A DNA stretch of 62,600 nucleotides, the filler included, from Atractiella rhizophila (taxonomy: Eukaryota): NCBI GenBank assembly GCA_021432655.1. It is 3 parts of 3 records of this genome, joined end to end, with 100 filler letters (N's around TTAATTAATTAA, not from the genome) between each part and the next. Parts side by side here need not be neighbours in the genome. Positions count along the whole stretch, not along the records: positions 1 to 27,043 come from MU271750.1; positions 27,144 to 54,143 come from MU271751.1; 1 more part is not named here. The stretch is one strand, 5' to 3'. Below the pieces are notes generated by a model that saw nothing but the letters and a program-made list of their open reading frames with translations, was not told the origin of the DNA and searched no databases. Position 1 is the stretch's first letter. Each line of letters opens with the position of its first letter. Positions 24,651-37,330 of the stretch are shown here, in pieces. The translations under genes were made by a program, and so were the position numbers.

Positions 24651-27043
24651 TTATGCTGGTTCGCCGTACTTGATTCTGATACCTCTCTTCGCCATACTTT
24701 CTTGCAGACCTGAAAGACGTTGTCAAAAAAGCCCAAGTCATCTGCATCACTCACTCTTCTTCTCCTGAGCTTCCTCTCTTTCTTCGAACTCCAAGACAAG
24801 CTTCTTGAGCTGCTGCTGTTCTGCCCTCACTTGCTCTTGTTTGCTTCGAGTGTGTACAGCGATAGCACTATCAACAGGTACTTGCAGCGTCCGTGTCTGC
24901 AACTAATTAGCATTTTGTCGAATCGAGGGAAGAATAGCATACCTGATTTTTGTTCCCTTTCTTCGTCAATACCGTGAACTTCATGTGTTGAAGCCCATCC
25001 TCCTCATCATCCAGTTCTTCATCCCGGATCTTTTCTTTTTTCTTCCAAACAGGCAACGCCACATCTGCGAGGGCCGTTCTCTTTTCATTCGCGGCCTTCC
25101 TAGAGTCACTAGTGTCAATCATCATCTTCGCCAGTTCCCTTTCGAATTCCTCTTCATCCTCGACAGTAGGACCGTAGGAGGTGTTTCGACCAATTTCCAT
25201 CTCGTCTTCGTCTTCACTCTCGTCCCTTTCGGCCTCATGAGCATCAGGCTACGCATACCAGATTTCAGATTAATTGTAAGGCCAAGAAAAATAACATACG
25301 TCTTCTTCAGCTTCATCGCTTGACTCGCTGTCTGAAGCTAATTCCATAGGATCACTGGCAATATCGACTTCTCCATCTGATGCATCATCATCGAGCTCTT
25401 CTTCAGCTAAAATGCTGTGAGATCACGCCGAACTGCATGATGTTACACACCAGGCTCGTGGGATTCTACGGCAGCCTGATTAGCGGCAACCATGTTGTCT
25501 ACAGCATTCGAAGCTTCCTCGTATGTCTTCATCATCGTCATCTTGGGGCGTAATGACTAGCTGACATCATTAGTCGACGGGACAGGAAGATAAACGAACT
25601 AACATCAAAAGTGTCGTTGATCATAAAGCCGACATCCATTGGTGGAGTTTGCTTCGCAAGAATGTACATCTGAGGCATATATTGTTAGAATGGTATGTTC
25701 AAGCAGTGAAAGGGAACTACCTGGAAAAAGATGAGAAAATGGTCAAGCTTCTTTCTGAGCTGTCCTCGATCAAAGCATGATCCGCAAGTGTCCAGAAGAG
25801 TGCACGTCAACCGGACTCTAAAGAAATCATCGGCAGCATCTCGTAAAGAAGGATCCTCAGGTGATGGGCGATTTCCAGCTGGAAATAGCATTTAATCAGG
25901 TTAGGGACACAAAGCCAAGACACACGATGTCCAAACATAGTGAGGGTCCAGAGCACATCGAGAACGACTTTCGAATCGATAACGCGATAGTTGTACATCT
26001 CGCCGATGTACTTGATGGTGGCGATCCTCTGCTGATTGTATTTAAAGTTATTGACCTTGAGAGAGAAATAAGACTGTGTAGACAGGTTTAGGAAGTTACA
26101 TACTTCCATACCGACTTTTAGATTCTCCAGCACTTGATCGACAACCACGACGTGAAAGTCCGGGTGAAACTTTGATAGATCATGAAGAAGGATGGCAAAC
26201 AGATGAATATTGCTGAATTTAGCTTTCCAAACTTTGGTAAAGTGCGACACAAGCAACTGAAATATCTGCAGGGAGTTGAGCTGCATACTGCATATCAGGG
26301 CCTGAATAAACGCTAACCTTGGGATCTTCCCAATGCATCTTTCTCAACGTCTTTATCACGGAGTCGATCGTCTTTTTGGTCAAGACATTGAAAAACAGGT
26401 GCCGCAAAAACAGCTCCATTGGCGTTCTTTCCTTTGGCGGGATAACGACTCTGTCTGGCGGATCGCACTGAACGAGCTTATGAGCTAGCCGCACAAATTG
26501 TCGTCACTACCAACCTGGTAATAAGCATTTTCCAACATAGTTATTTGCTGATGGGTGAAATTTTGAGCCGCCTTTTTCCGTTTCATCACGTCCAACTATT
26601 CGGGCCTAATGAATCTTTGCTAGATATAGTAGAGTCAGAATACCAACCAGAGAAGCAGTCTTCTCTCCAGTCGCTTCAGATTTTAGTAAGAAGCGACCAG
26701 AGCCTTCCAGGAGATTACAGAGATTGTCAACATTGGGTCCGGTAAGGTCATCGACACACGACTTGATGCAGAAAAGGATGAGATGGTTTGGCGTGATCTT
26801 GAATTTGGTGAGCTCTGCAAGGTAGCGCGTGTTCTACGTTGCTTCAGCCGCGACAAGTGATGCACAAGGATGTACTAACCTTCGCTCTCGTTTCAGCAAG
26901 ATTGACGCTTTTTTTCCTTTGCAGGTAGCGGAATTCGTCTTCTAGCTTCACGGAATAATCAAAATCAGTGTCAACGGAAAGGTGTTAACTCACTGCAGCA
27001 ATCAACCCACTCCCAATATCCGGCATATACTTGCTCAGCGTCG
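24651..27043 (-). CDS. UPF2: Nonsense-mediated decay factor UPF2/NMD2, 3' part (third MIF4G and Upf1-binding region); 5' part lost in gap
   Basis: ENAYYQCDPPDR, LRKMHWED, KYIGEMYNYR, DDFFRVRLTCTLLDTCG, EFERELAKMM, MKFTVLTKKGNKNQ, EQQQLKKLVL. Confidence 0.95.
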
Positions 27044-27143
27044 NNNNNNNNNNNNNNNNNNNNNNNNNNNNNNNNNNNNNNNNNNNNTTAATTAATTAAN
27101 NNNNNNNNNNNNNNNNNNNNNNNNNNNNNNNNNNNNNNNNNNN
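27044..27143. other. Artificial 100-nt contig-join linker (44 N + TTAATTAATTAA + 44 N)
   Basis: Symmetric N padding around a six-frame-stop palindrome; identical structure at 54144-54243. Confidence 0.97.
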
Positions 27144-28933
27144 TAGACTGGAGAAATGGTTGGAGGAGGAGGCAGCACCGGAGGCAGATAAGCAGCGGTG
27201 GCAGGAGAAGCTTCTCGCATGAAAGGCGGCTCTTCCAATTCCACGTAAGTCGGTCGAGGTGGAGGCGCCGTTGCCTTGGGTTTCGAAGTGGATGCTACGG
27301 GCTCCATAATCTCCACAGTCGTACTAGCGACCATGGCTGGAGATTGTACCTCCTCCTTCTGCACATTCTCCTCGACAGACGGAACGGGGAAGTCCTTCTT
27401 GCCTTCCCTCAGCTTTCGCCAGCTGTCGCCGTGTCCGAGCTTCACTGATGACTGTAACAACGCCTTCCCTTCCCCAATCGAGGCTTCGGATTCAGGCTTG
27501 ACCTTTAACCTAAACCGCCAACCTCCCTCCCTCTCCCTATACCCTTCCCTGACCCTCGCACCTAACTTAATCCTCCCAAGCACAATTTTAGAGCCAATCT
27601 CTTCCTCTCCCTCCCTTGCTCCAGGACGGTCAATGACGAAGGCCCTACTATCGCGTTCGTTAAAGAGGAATGGTACGGAGGACTTGACGGTCCATGCTGG
27701 TTCAGGTCTTTCTGAGCGGTCGGTTCCAGTTGGAGTGCCTTGATATGAGAAGGTGCGGCGACGAAGATTTGAAGGGTGATAGGGGAGGGAAGACAGCTTT
27801 GGAGGACGGTATGACCTCGCCTGAGAATCCGTCGCCTCCTCCGTGGAGTCTGCCGGCAGAGGAGAGTCGACTGAGGAGCGTGATGGTGCCATCCTCCCGC
27901 CGACGTTATGGAAACCTCCTCTCCCTCTCCCCCTCCCTCTCCCGTACCCATATGATCTACGCTCCTCCTCTCCATCATAAAGATCGTGACTCCACGCTTC
28001 CTCCTTCTCTACCTCCTTTTCTTGGATCCCTTCAGCTTCACGCCCCCGTTCACGATCTACCATTCTCCTTCCTCCCCTCCCTCTCCCTCTCCCTCCTCCA
28101 CGCCACCAACTGCTCAGGCCCTTCAAATCATCCTCCAGGAGCCGCTCATCATGTGTCCAAAACCTTCCCAGTTTCGGAACGTAGGACGGATCAGTCGAGA
28201 GACGCTGAGTGTACTTTGTTCTTGGAGAAGGTGCACGTGGACCCTCTCGTTTCTCCTTCTGATAGACGGCTTCTTCCGTGATCGCAGTGGGAGGGATGTC
28301 AACAGAAGCGGAGGTGGATGGTTGATTCGACACAGGCGATTGAACAGATTTCGTCGTCTCTTTGAGCGCAAGCTTTCGTTCCTTCCTCTTCTCTTTCTGC
28401 CTCAACTTCTTCTCCTTCCTCTTCTGCTCCATCCTTTCCTCCTTCGCTTTCCTGCTTTCCTCCTTGCTCGCCTTTCCATTCCACGACTCCTTCGTTTGCG
28501 TTTGTCTATCCTTTGACGTTGACGAAGAGTTGACAAACGTGTCAAATTCGATGACCGGGAGAGAGGTATCTTTCCCGTCCTTCTCCATCACTGACTCGGA
28601 CCACAAGGCCAGCCGGTTCGTCTTAGGGGGTGAGGCTGGGCCAGCCTGAGGAGGAGGCGGCGGAGTGGCTATTTTAGCTCTCCTAGGAGCATCCTCCTCT
28701 TCCTCTTCCTCATCCTCATCCTCCGACACCGCGTCACTCACGAACGAATGCTCGGAATCGTCCCTCATCGAACCAGAACCGTCTGCGAGGCCAACGCCAG
28801 CGCCATCGCTCTCGCTCTCGCTCTCGTCCATCACCCCCCTCCTGCCCCTACGTGCCCTCCTGTGCTTAGACGCAGCTTTCGTTTTCAGGTCGTCGCTATT
28901 GTTGTTCCTCAACGAAGAGGCGGGTCGTGACAT
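27144..28933 (-). CDS. CASC3/Barentsz (Btz/SELOR) domain protein, exon-junction-complex associated; 3' end lost in gap
   Basis: DPSYVPKLGRFWTHDERL ... AWSHDLYD is the bipartite Btz signature, flanked by RG-rich and acidic low-complexity tracts. Confidence 0.85.
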
Positions 28934-30560
28934 GTTTCTGCTCACTCATGTACTCAGCTCCACTCCTGCCTGAACACGTAGCGCGAAGGGAAACTCACAA
29001 GGGATATAAATGGTATTACTCGATGCTATGAACTTTTGGACTCCAAATAACGCGACGGAGTGGTTCAGGTCGTCGTTTCGTGACGGAAAAGTTTGACGGA
29101 CTGTCGTTCGCCACCCGCAGCAAAGCGAGTCACGAATCACCAAAATCTTCCTGTTTTCTTTCTGCGAACAACCTCGGAATGGATTGGGATTTTAGCTACG
29201 ATTTGATTTACGATGACACTTTAGGACGGTTTATGAGGAGATGAGGTTGGAAACATGGGCTCATAGTGGAAGGAACAAAGAACTATGGGGGCTGGTGAGC
29301 TTCTGATTTGCTGTAAAGCTTCAAGGAGAAGTGTATACGTCTGTCGTCGTGCATCCAAGTTACCTGCAATGGAGACGAGACGACGGTTGCTGACAAGTGC
29401 ATGAGGGCAGCGTAAAAGGAAGCCTCCTGCCAGCCGGCACTCTGTCATTATCCTGCTACGAATCAGCGAATCACATTCCCGGATTATATATTTGAATTGC
29501 AATTGTTTGAGTGTTCTTTTATGATGACATTCATTGGCTCAGCGCTTTTGCACCAAAATGTGCAGACACGAGAGCCAACCACATTGGCTCCAGTCTTGAT
29601 CCCAGTTACCCCAGCCGACAGAATGTAAACTATATCCTACCTGCTCTAAGCTGGCCTGGTCATGCGTAAACGGTGACTTTTATGGGGATGGACGTGCGCA
29701 AGTGAACTGACTAGCATATGCTGGCCGGCGCGCAATAAGCCACGCCATCGGAACCCTCGTCATCGAACTTTTTTAAATGTTGACTGTCCCCAACCAAGTT
29801 CATTCGAAGGGAGCAGTCCGTCGGTAGAGAGGATTTGGAGGCAGCGCTTGCAGAGAGCACGGCTCGAGCAATGATTTCGTGGATGAGAATAGCAACGAGT
29901 CTACTACACGCAAGTATTGATTTGAAAGTGGAATGGTGGAAGATTCAGGTCAAAGACCTTTCTTTCTTCGATCTTTGACCCTCCAGCAGCTTCTTCCATC
30001 TATGAATACCAACACGGAACGGTCCACTTGGACCTTTGTTTTCATATCCAAGAACTTCTCTTTATGACTGCCGAAAGACCATGGAACACCAGCTCTCCGA
30101 CTCTCATTAGGATGTCACGAGGCACCGATAAGCAAGTTATTTGGATATCTTGGATGCGCATCCAAATCGGATTCTGGATTCTCGTTGACTGAATCGTCAA
30201 TGTGCCATACCGATGATGTACAGATCATGCAGTGTTCACGAATTTTTCACAGGAGCCACCAGCCAATGGCCTTCCGGTGATGATTCCAATGACTTCTGAC
30301 CTCCGTTCACAGCAACAATGAGCGCTTTATACTGCATTTTCCTGGCAATTCTTTCACGACAAACATACAGACAGCGTCAGGGCAAGTAAAAAAGGAGTAA
30401 GAAAAATGATTGCCCACACCACCTAGGCTGTCGAACAAGAATGTGGTAGCTGGTTCGTTCTTGTTCTTGGACGGCGAGATGACTGAGTGGATAGGAGGTA
30501 GGTAGGTAGGCTTGTACTTTACATGCCCAGATGCCTCTTGGCTCAAACAAGTGGCTCTGT

Positions 30561-30589
30561 TATCCTATCCTATCCTATCCTATCCTATA
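30561..30589. repeat. (TATCC)n microsatellite
   Basis: tatcc x5 followed by tata. Confidence 0.95.
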
Positions 30590-31114
30590 CTCTAAGATTC
30601 ATCAGTTCTTGGCATGAGTCATAAGACGCACTTTTGAGCCCTTACACCTCCCTCACCATACACAATATAATGAAATGTATTATACCATCATATCCCATAT
30701 GCTTGCCCCTTTCTGAACCTGCAAGGAAATTTTATTCTGAAAGGGTTGAAAAATGCGTTTTGCACTGGACTCGAACGCTTACAGGATTGGATCACTGTGG
30801 GGTTCAAGGGGCCATGCCCCTTGCGAGTGGGTTGGGGGGCCTGAGGGACGAAGGCCGTTGACACACTTGTAAACTTAAAAGCAGAAGGGCAGCAGCGTCT
30901 GAGGTGGAAGGCTAAAAGTCGGCACAGCTTTGTTTGCGTTGTGTAGAGTGGCTCAGAAACTTATTGGAGCCCTGCGTTCTCACAACATGGGGCTCTTAAC
31001 TCTGCACTTAGCAATGTTATGAGCCTAACAATATATTGCAACTTGGAATGTGGATATGTTCAGAACTTGACTTTGATCTGCCTACTAGGTTGAGAGCTCG
31101 AGAGATAGGACCGC

Positions 31115-31745
31115 TCAGAAGCTGACGGCCGTTGAGAATATATCCTCTTGACAAAGGCCAATCGGGTAGGCAGAAGCACTAATGCCATGGGTGGATATAA
31201 AACCGTCAACACGGATGTTGGAGAGCGCGTTAGGAACACCTGGTGCAATACATATTGGGGAGAAAGAGTAGTTGAATTGAGCGACGTATCCCGAGGGAGG
31301 GTTGTAACAAGTGAGCCACTCGTCGAGCTTTGGTCCACATGGTGGAGGAAGGTGAATGCGAATGCTAACAGTGTTAATGTACCCATACTTTCAGAGATGT
31401 TGACCATTTCGAAAACAGACACTCATCTGGATTCTGTCGCTTCCATCATAAGTTCACGTTTGGGATATGTTTCGTGGTGTCTTCCTGAAAGATGACAGAC
31501 ATATGTTGAAGGTGGGTGCGACGACGGGAAAGTGTTTCTCAGTGAGTAGCGCATATCCCTATCCATAACGCACCCCATCGTTCACATACGGAACACAGCG
31601 AGATAAGCAAACAAGCTCAACGTTGTTCTCTCCGAGTTCGCACTACAGATGGAGTCAAAGGGTACAAACCAAAGTTGAGGACAACGTAACAAGCTTCGAA
31701 CAACAGTGCTGGATAAAGATGCTTGGAAGAATGTATTTGACCATC
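31115..31745 (-). CDS. Possible small cysteine-containing hypothetical protein (spliced; boundaries uncertain)
   Basis: Open stretches CELGENNVELVCLSRCVPYVNDG and PPCGPKLDEWLTCYNPP...PICIAPG...PIGLCQEDIFSTAVSF* separated by GT..AG segments. Confidence 0.3.
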
Positions 31746-32082
31746 AGTTAAATAATGGCTTCTCAGTTTGAGAGCGTGAGTTTTGCGTGATCCATGTTGA
31801 AAGTGGTTTTCTGCAACTGCAGGTGCAGGGCGAAACGAGCCTGAAGCCCCTTTGGATCGCTGAGTGGAGAGATGAAAGTGCCGCGAAATTGCGATGGCAT
31901 GTCACGAATCACATCGATCACATCAATGGCAATACAATATTCAACACAAGCAGCTCCAGGAGCACTAGAATAACTTCGTTCACGAGAAGAACAAATCTCT
32001 TATATAAGCGGAACCCCATCTGTTTATAAGGCACGGCGTTTCGAAGACTGAATCTCCCTCATCATCAACATCGCGTTCCATT

Positions 32083-33516
32083 ATGCAGTCCACAGGGAGA
32101 GATTCGTCTGACTGCAACACGTTGAGATTCCGTCTCGCTGTCAGGAGTAGAGGTCTGCTAGACTTATTGACTCGAGTGCGACCACGGAGGTCGTCTCACA
32201 CCTCCGATAGATCGCCTGTTGTCGAAGATGCTCCTACGCCGTATCTTGCACCGCCTAGCGAAACTGTCCCTACTATCTACGAACGTCCTACGACTGATAG
32301 ACTTGATACAACTCGATTGCTTCCGGTTCCCGTTCCGACCTTGACCTTGGTGAGTCCATGCGAATCTGTTGACAACGAGGCATTTCCCCTTCTGCGTCGA
32401 GGTCCTCCTTCAGCGCGGAGCTCAGGGAACTCTCCCTCGACTACTACAGCAGAGCTCAGGGTTACTCGGTCAGAATCCAGGATCAGTCGTTCCTCATCCG
32501 ATGCTGCAACTCGACTAGACGATAATCGAGAACAAATTTTTCTTGAAGCAACCTTGAGTATTGGCGATATTCACACATCAACAGGTTCCCCTCATCGCCC
32601 ACTCGGCGCAGAGTTTACTATTACCAGTGATAATATCGCTCCGACACTTGCGTCGACTCGTTCTCGATCTCCAGCCGCCATTCAAGTCGACAATGTGGGA
32701 GACAATCCTGCTGGAGAAGTTGCGACATCTGGCTTTTTCTTTGACAGTCAGGACAACAATTTCCCGACGTTTGATCCTGTCTTCGGCGATCCTTCTCAGA
32801 GTTGGTCACCAATAATTCGCGCCATCATGAACGAAACACTGAATTCTGGCCGCGCCGTTCTTGGTCCTGACGTTTATCACGAGGAAATTATCGGTGCCCA
32901 AGTTGTGGATGATTCAAGACCTAATGAAGGGCGGCGTGATTCTCCTACAGTTGCTTTGGAACCTTTGAACGCTATCAAGGCTTCACCGCGAGGCAGGATT
33001 CTCGCAATCTACCCTATGACGGATGACCTTATCTCTTACTGGGATCATCAAAATAAAAGACTTCAAACAAAAGCCCCTCGCAACCCTTCACAAATGTTTC
33101 ATTGTGCAAAAACGAAACAATTGAAACATCGGTGGAAGAAACTCGTTTTTGATACTGGAACCTATGTAGAAGTTCGGCTCGGCAAGAAGGTTGTCCTTCC
33201 TTCGGATGGTGGTGAAGGTACGCTTCCGTCGAGTTTATGGTAGTGATACGTTCTTATATGAGACAGTAGAGTGGTTCAAGGGACAGCTATTACATATGGG
33301 TTTGCGCTTCCTCAAGTTGCTCACTCTCCGCTGAGTATCTTTCCAACAGGCAATTGTCAAAATCCGCCTTTCACTTTCTTCTCGGAGGAGTTCACCACAA
33401 ATGACCCAAACAATCCACCGTCGCTCACTGGCAATCCTTTCCCCACCAGGCCAATCAGAGCGAGGTTGGTCTATGGTCTTTTCTCTTGCTCTCCCATTCG
33501 ACTGGAACCCTTCTAA
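32083..33516 (+). CDS. Hypothetical protein (disordered N-terminus, small beta-rich C-terminal domain), three exons
   Basis: 386-aa ORF continues in frame through two ~50-nt GT-AG introns to EWFKGQLLHM|GNCQNPPF...PIRLEPF*. Confidence 0.55.
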
Positions 33517-33609
33517 CCGTGATGGGCAGGAAACACATTGCCATCAGCAAATGCCCCGCTCACGACCAACAAGAAAGCCTTATTGAGCTATGTCGCTTAC
33601 AGGTTGAGC

Positions 33610-34105
33610 TGGCCAACTCTCGTTCTCGGTCCAAGATCACCAAGCCCAACTCCAAGATCAGGTCCAAGACCAGCAAGTCTAGAGTTAGAGCCTAGAGCGG
33701 TAGAGTGAGGTTGGTTGGCCCACACTCTTTCTCTTTATGGTCATCTTTTCAACTTCAATCGTCCAAACTGATTCCTTCATCGTGATACAGTCAACTGGAA
33801 TGTTCGAAGTCGATCACACTTTTTATTTCCTTCCTCAAGAAGTGTATGACGAGATGTATGAGCATGCTAGGTCGGCTGTATCCCTGTGGCGAATGGTGGG
33901 ATGCATTTTCCCAATTGCATGAGTCCAAATCGGTGTAGGATGGTATATCTGATCTAAAGTATTCAAATAAATATCGTAACTTTAAGAAGACTACCGTACA
34001 CCAGATCATGCCGTCCATTACTCTGGAGTTTATCCTGGGGACGTCGGAAGTAGTCTCCAACCAACTAACTGAGCAATGTCCTTGTGGAGTCTGCTTACCC
34101 TGAAA
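33610..34105 (+). repeat. Diverged direct repeat A, copy 1 (carries ~220 extra nt)
   Basis: 33610-33789 and 34008-34105 align colinearly to 42370-42635 (shared ccaagaccagcaagtctagagttag, gtagagtgaggttggttggc, caatcgtccaaactgatt, ggggacgtc, ggagtctgc). Confidence 0.9.
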
Positions 34106-35500
34106 TCCTTCCCGCTCGTAAAATCCACGAGCTTACGCTGAGGTTTTCAGTTTGCATCCTACTCGTCGAGGTAACCGAAATCAACATTGGCATTAAGCTG
34201 GAGCGTACTACAAAATCCGGCTGAGGAGTGGAAAGGACTGAGGTGCGCATCCTATCGTCATGGCTGCTGACTGCATGTCTGCGTAGTCCGCCTTCGCGCA
34301 TTATGTTGCGGAACCAGGTTTTGGTGGCTGAAATAGTTTATTCAGCATACCCGCTTCTCTCTCGCAGTCAGGCGGACAACGAGTGATGATATACCGGTAC
34401 CACGGTACATCCCCAAGCAGGTTCTCCCGATTGGGAGGCTCCCTTATGCCGCCATTTGAGAGCCAGGAATAGCTCCCCTCCTTACACAACAGCTGTTCCA
34501 TTGATTGGACAGTCCAGCGACGACGGATGATATCCTAGTTCCTGGAGCTGTCGACGACCCGACGGAGACGTTTCTGATCCACACGCGTCGCATGCATCAG
34601 GACGCGGTCCGATTCGAGGACGAGGTTTGGCTGCTACAGCAGACATCAAGAAGCTTGCGACGGTTTGCATGAACGTTCCTACTGGGATGGGAGAGTGAAC
34701 GATCCTCAGAGCCGTTTTATTGTTCTCAAGGGTATGTTTTTCCAATTCTAAATCGGCTGACGAAGGGGTAGGTTCAAAATCTGCGAACCCTGTTTAACTT
34801 GGACAATTTTGCCTCAAGGGTTATGATCTTCTGTCACACATTCGATTTTTTCCCACAGCGAGTCGCGAGCTTCACCTCTACCTTCACCGAAGAACGAACC
34901 ACACATTTGTCTGAATCATGAATTCGATTTTGAGGTGTTGCTCAGTGGTAGAAGCGAGGCTTGGGTCTTTAGAGGACATCTGCCCGGTACCACCTTCTCG
35001 GTCATCGCAAAGACGTTTGACGACAGCTTCAAAGAGTCCATGCTCATGAAATATCAGTCCATCGCTACCTCGCTCCCGATTGCTGCCCTTTGTTCCTAAA
35101 GCGTACGGCGTCCGGCAACTAGGGAAGGAGCGTTCGATGCACTTTCTACGTCGGGCAAGCTGTGGAAGATTTCTCGACGCTGCCTGAGAGCGACAAGTGC
35201 GTTTTCTTTGTATAATACTCGTATAGATTTCTCCATTAATGCTGTACTGTAGGATGAAACTTTAGAAAGCATTGTCACTTTGCCTAGCGCTGGCGTTGCG
35301 CACTTCAATATTCGACCTGTGATGTCCTGCGAGGACTAGATGGTCTTTCGGCGTCATGGATTTCCATGTGGCTGAAATTAGGCATAATTACGCAGGACTG
35401 GAAGCGCGTTTAGAGTTGGAGACTTTGATGTGGGAGCTTTATCCTAGAGAGGATTGATCGTGAAAGAAATGATAGCACCAATCATTCAGGTCTGAATCTC

Positions 35501-35900
35501 TATCTGTCATCCTCTTCTCTTTGTCACTTCATATCAAATAACTGATTTCCCAAACATTCTTCATTGTGATTGCATTGAAATCATTTTAGATTTTAAGAGA
35601 ATCCAACATATGATTTGAAGACAAGTAGACACGGACCGTGAAAAATGACGCTAACGACTTCTGACGAGCTAACACAAGAATGAGCGAGGGTGAGCGCCAA
35701 AGGGAGCTAGAGAACGCGTCCAGTTACCGGGCGAAAGGGGCAGGGCATTCTTTAATAATCTCAGCCTTTGTCATCGCCAGCAATATCGCTGCTGCCTCTC
35801 TCCAATGTCCATGTCCGAATAGAGGCAAGAGGGACAGGGTAGGCAACGTAGAGACCTAGATATAGCGCTCGTGACGAAAAAGACGGCTGCACACTGCTGA
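35501..35900 (+). repeat. Diverged direct repeat B, copy 1
   Basis: Colinear shared words with 37331-37745: tcatcctcttctct, attgtgatt, ttgaagacaag, ttctttaa, atgtccatgtccgaa, cggctgca. Confidence 0.8.
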
Positions 35901-36121
35901 AGGGAAAGCTCAGGAAGGCACCCCGAGAGGTGTGAGGTGTGGGTGGACGGAGATAACAGCCAGGGCCGAGAGCTGGGAGAGTTGAGATCACGACAACGCA
36001 TTTGACTCCTCACCCAGGTCCTCAGCTAAACCTCCTGGTGCGTCATACTGATCAGGGGATTGTCTGTTGTATCCTATGCTAAAAGATATGCAGGAAGAAA
36101 GGTTCTAATCTCCCGTTAAGC

Positions 36122-37210
36122 ATGCCGCGAAGCCAAATTTGGAGGCTCAAACAGTTTCTTCAGGATACCCGCTTCCCTGTCCCCAAGATTACCCGCGTCC
36201 ACAGAAGCAGTCACAAATCACCCCACACCTCAAGGCTGGTTACGCCACATATTCTTCCATATGCCGCGATTCGAGAGCCCGACATGGGTCCTCGTCTCAC
36301 TCAACAGTTGTTTAATTTTTTAGACAGCCCAAGTGTGACGGATGATATTCTCGTTTCTGGGGCTGTCGACAATCTTGCCTCGAAGTTTATGATCCACACG
36401 GAGGACATGCACCAGCTTGAGATCTGTATTGCCGAGGATGCTTTGACCTGCTTCGGTGCTCGGGTGTTGCCGGTTTTAAAAGACCTTTACAAGACCTTCA
36501 AAGGTCATGCCGACTCGCCTCTGCTTCTCCAACAGCAAAGGAATCTTGAGTTGTATCCAGATCATGGCATCTCATGGCGAAACAAGTCTCTAGTTACGAT
36601 GGATGAGAGAATCCCGTCCATGTCCCATAAATTTCAAGCGCGTATGCACGAGTATATCAAAGGGGATACCCCGACAGTATTCGATTTTAGCAAGAAGTCC
36701 CGAGGGCGTCGGTCAACCATCAACAAGGTGCGTGATGTATGGATGTGACTTCTGCTTACACCGCTTATCCTTCCGTTAGTTCTCTTGGGTATTTGCCAGC
36801 ACGACGGCCAGATATGGATTCATACACGACATGTTCAATGCCAACTTGTCCGAGAAATTTCCATTCAAGGGAAGACCTGCTTGATTTTCTCTGCTTCGCT
36901 CGCCCTAAACTCCGAGTGCTACCTTCCATCCATGCTGTGGATGTTGTTGGCTCAATCTCCCGACCTACAACATCTCATCTCCCCTTTCGACCATCAATCC
37001 ATCGCCATTGACAAATTCAAGAGCCTCCTTTCGATGGGTCCACCTCAGACGGAGCAGCAAGTCGACAACCGCAGCGCGGTCTGCAGTCCAGCAGGACATC
37101 TGCGTGACGACAGCTCCACCAAAGCTTCTCCTATGGAATTGGAAGGACAAGCCTATCACAACGTTCCGAAGTGTGGAGGAGCTAGCAGCTTTAGAATAGG
37201 AGCATGGTGA
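36122..37210 (+). pseudogene. Hypothetical gene, possibly PD-(D/E)xK-fold-like, probably frameshifted
   Basis: 208-aa exon with LYPDHGISW...LVTMDERIP; after an intron, ARYGFIHD, and a plausible continuation (QLVREISIQGKTCLIFS...) in another frame. Confidence 0.35.
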
Positions 37211-37330
37211 CCTAAGTGATAGCTTTTCAGTCGAGCAATTCTCGAACACTATCAGCCAATGGGCAACCCATGTGCATGTGTGGTTAATGATTCAACTAAT
37301 TGTTCAACCAGAATCTTTGTACTTGTCATG

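Noticed and set aside
27088..27099. TTAATTAATTAA palindrome (also 54188-54199) as a piggyBac TTAA target or regulatory site
   Set aside because: Centred in symmetric N padding at two places; an artificial assembly linker.
29521..29710. ATGATGA...CTGA as another C/D snoRNA
   Set aside because: Boxes too far apart and no rRNA-antisense element recognised.
30590..30625. CTGATGA on the minus strand as a hammerhead ribozyme core
   Set aside because: No following stem II-GAAA or matching stem I/III.
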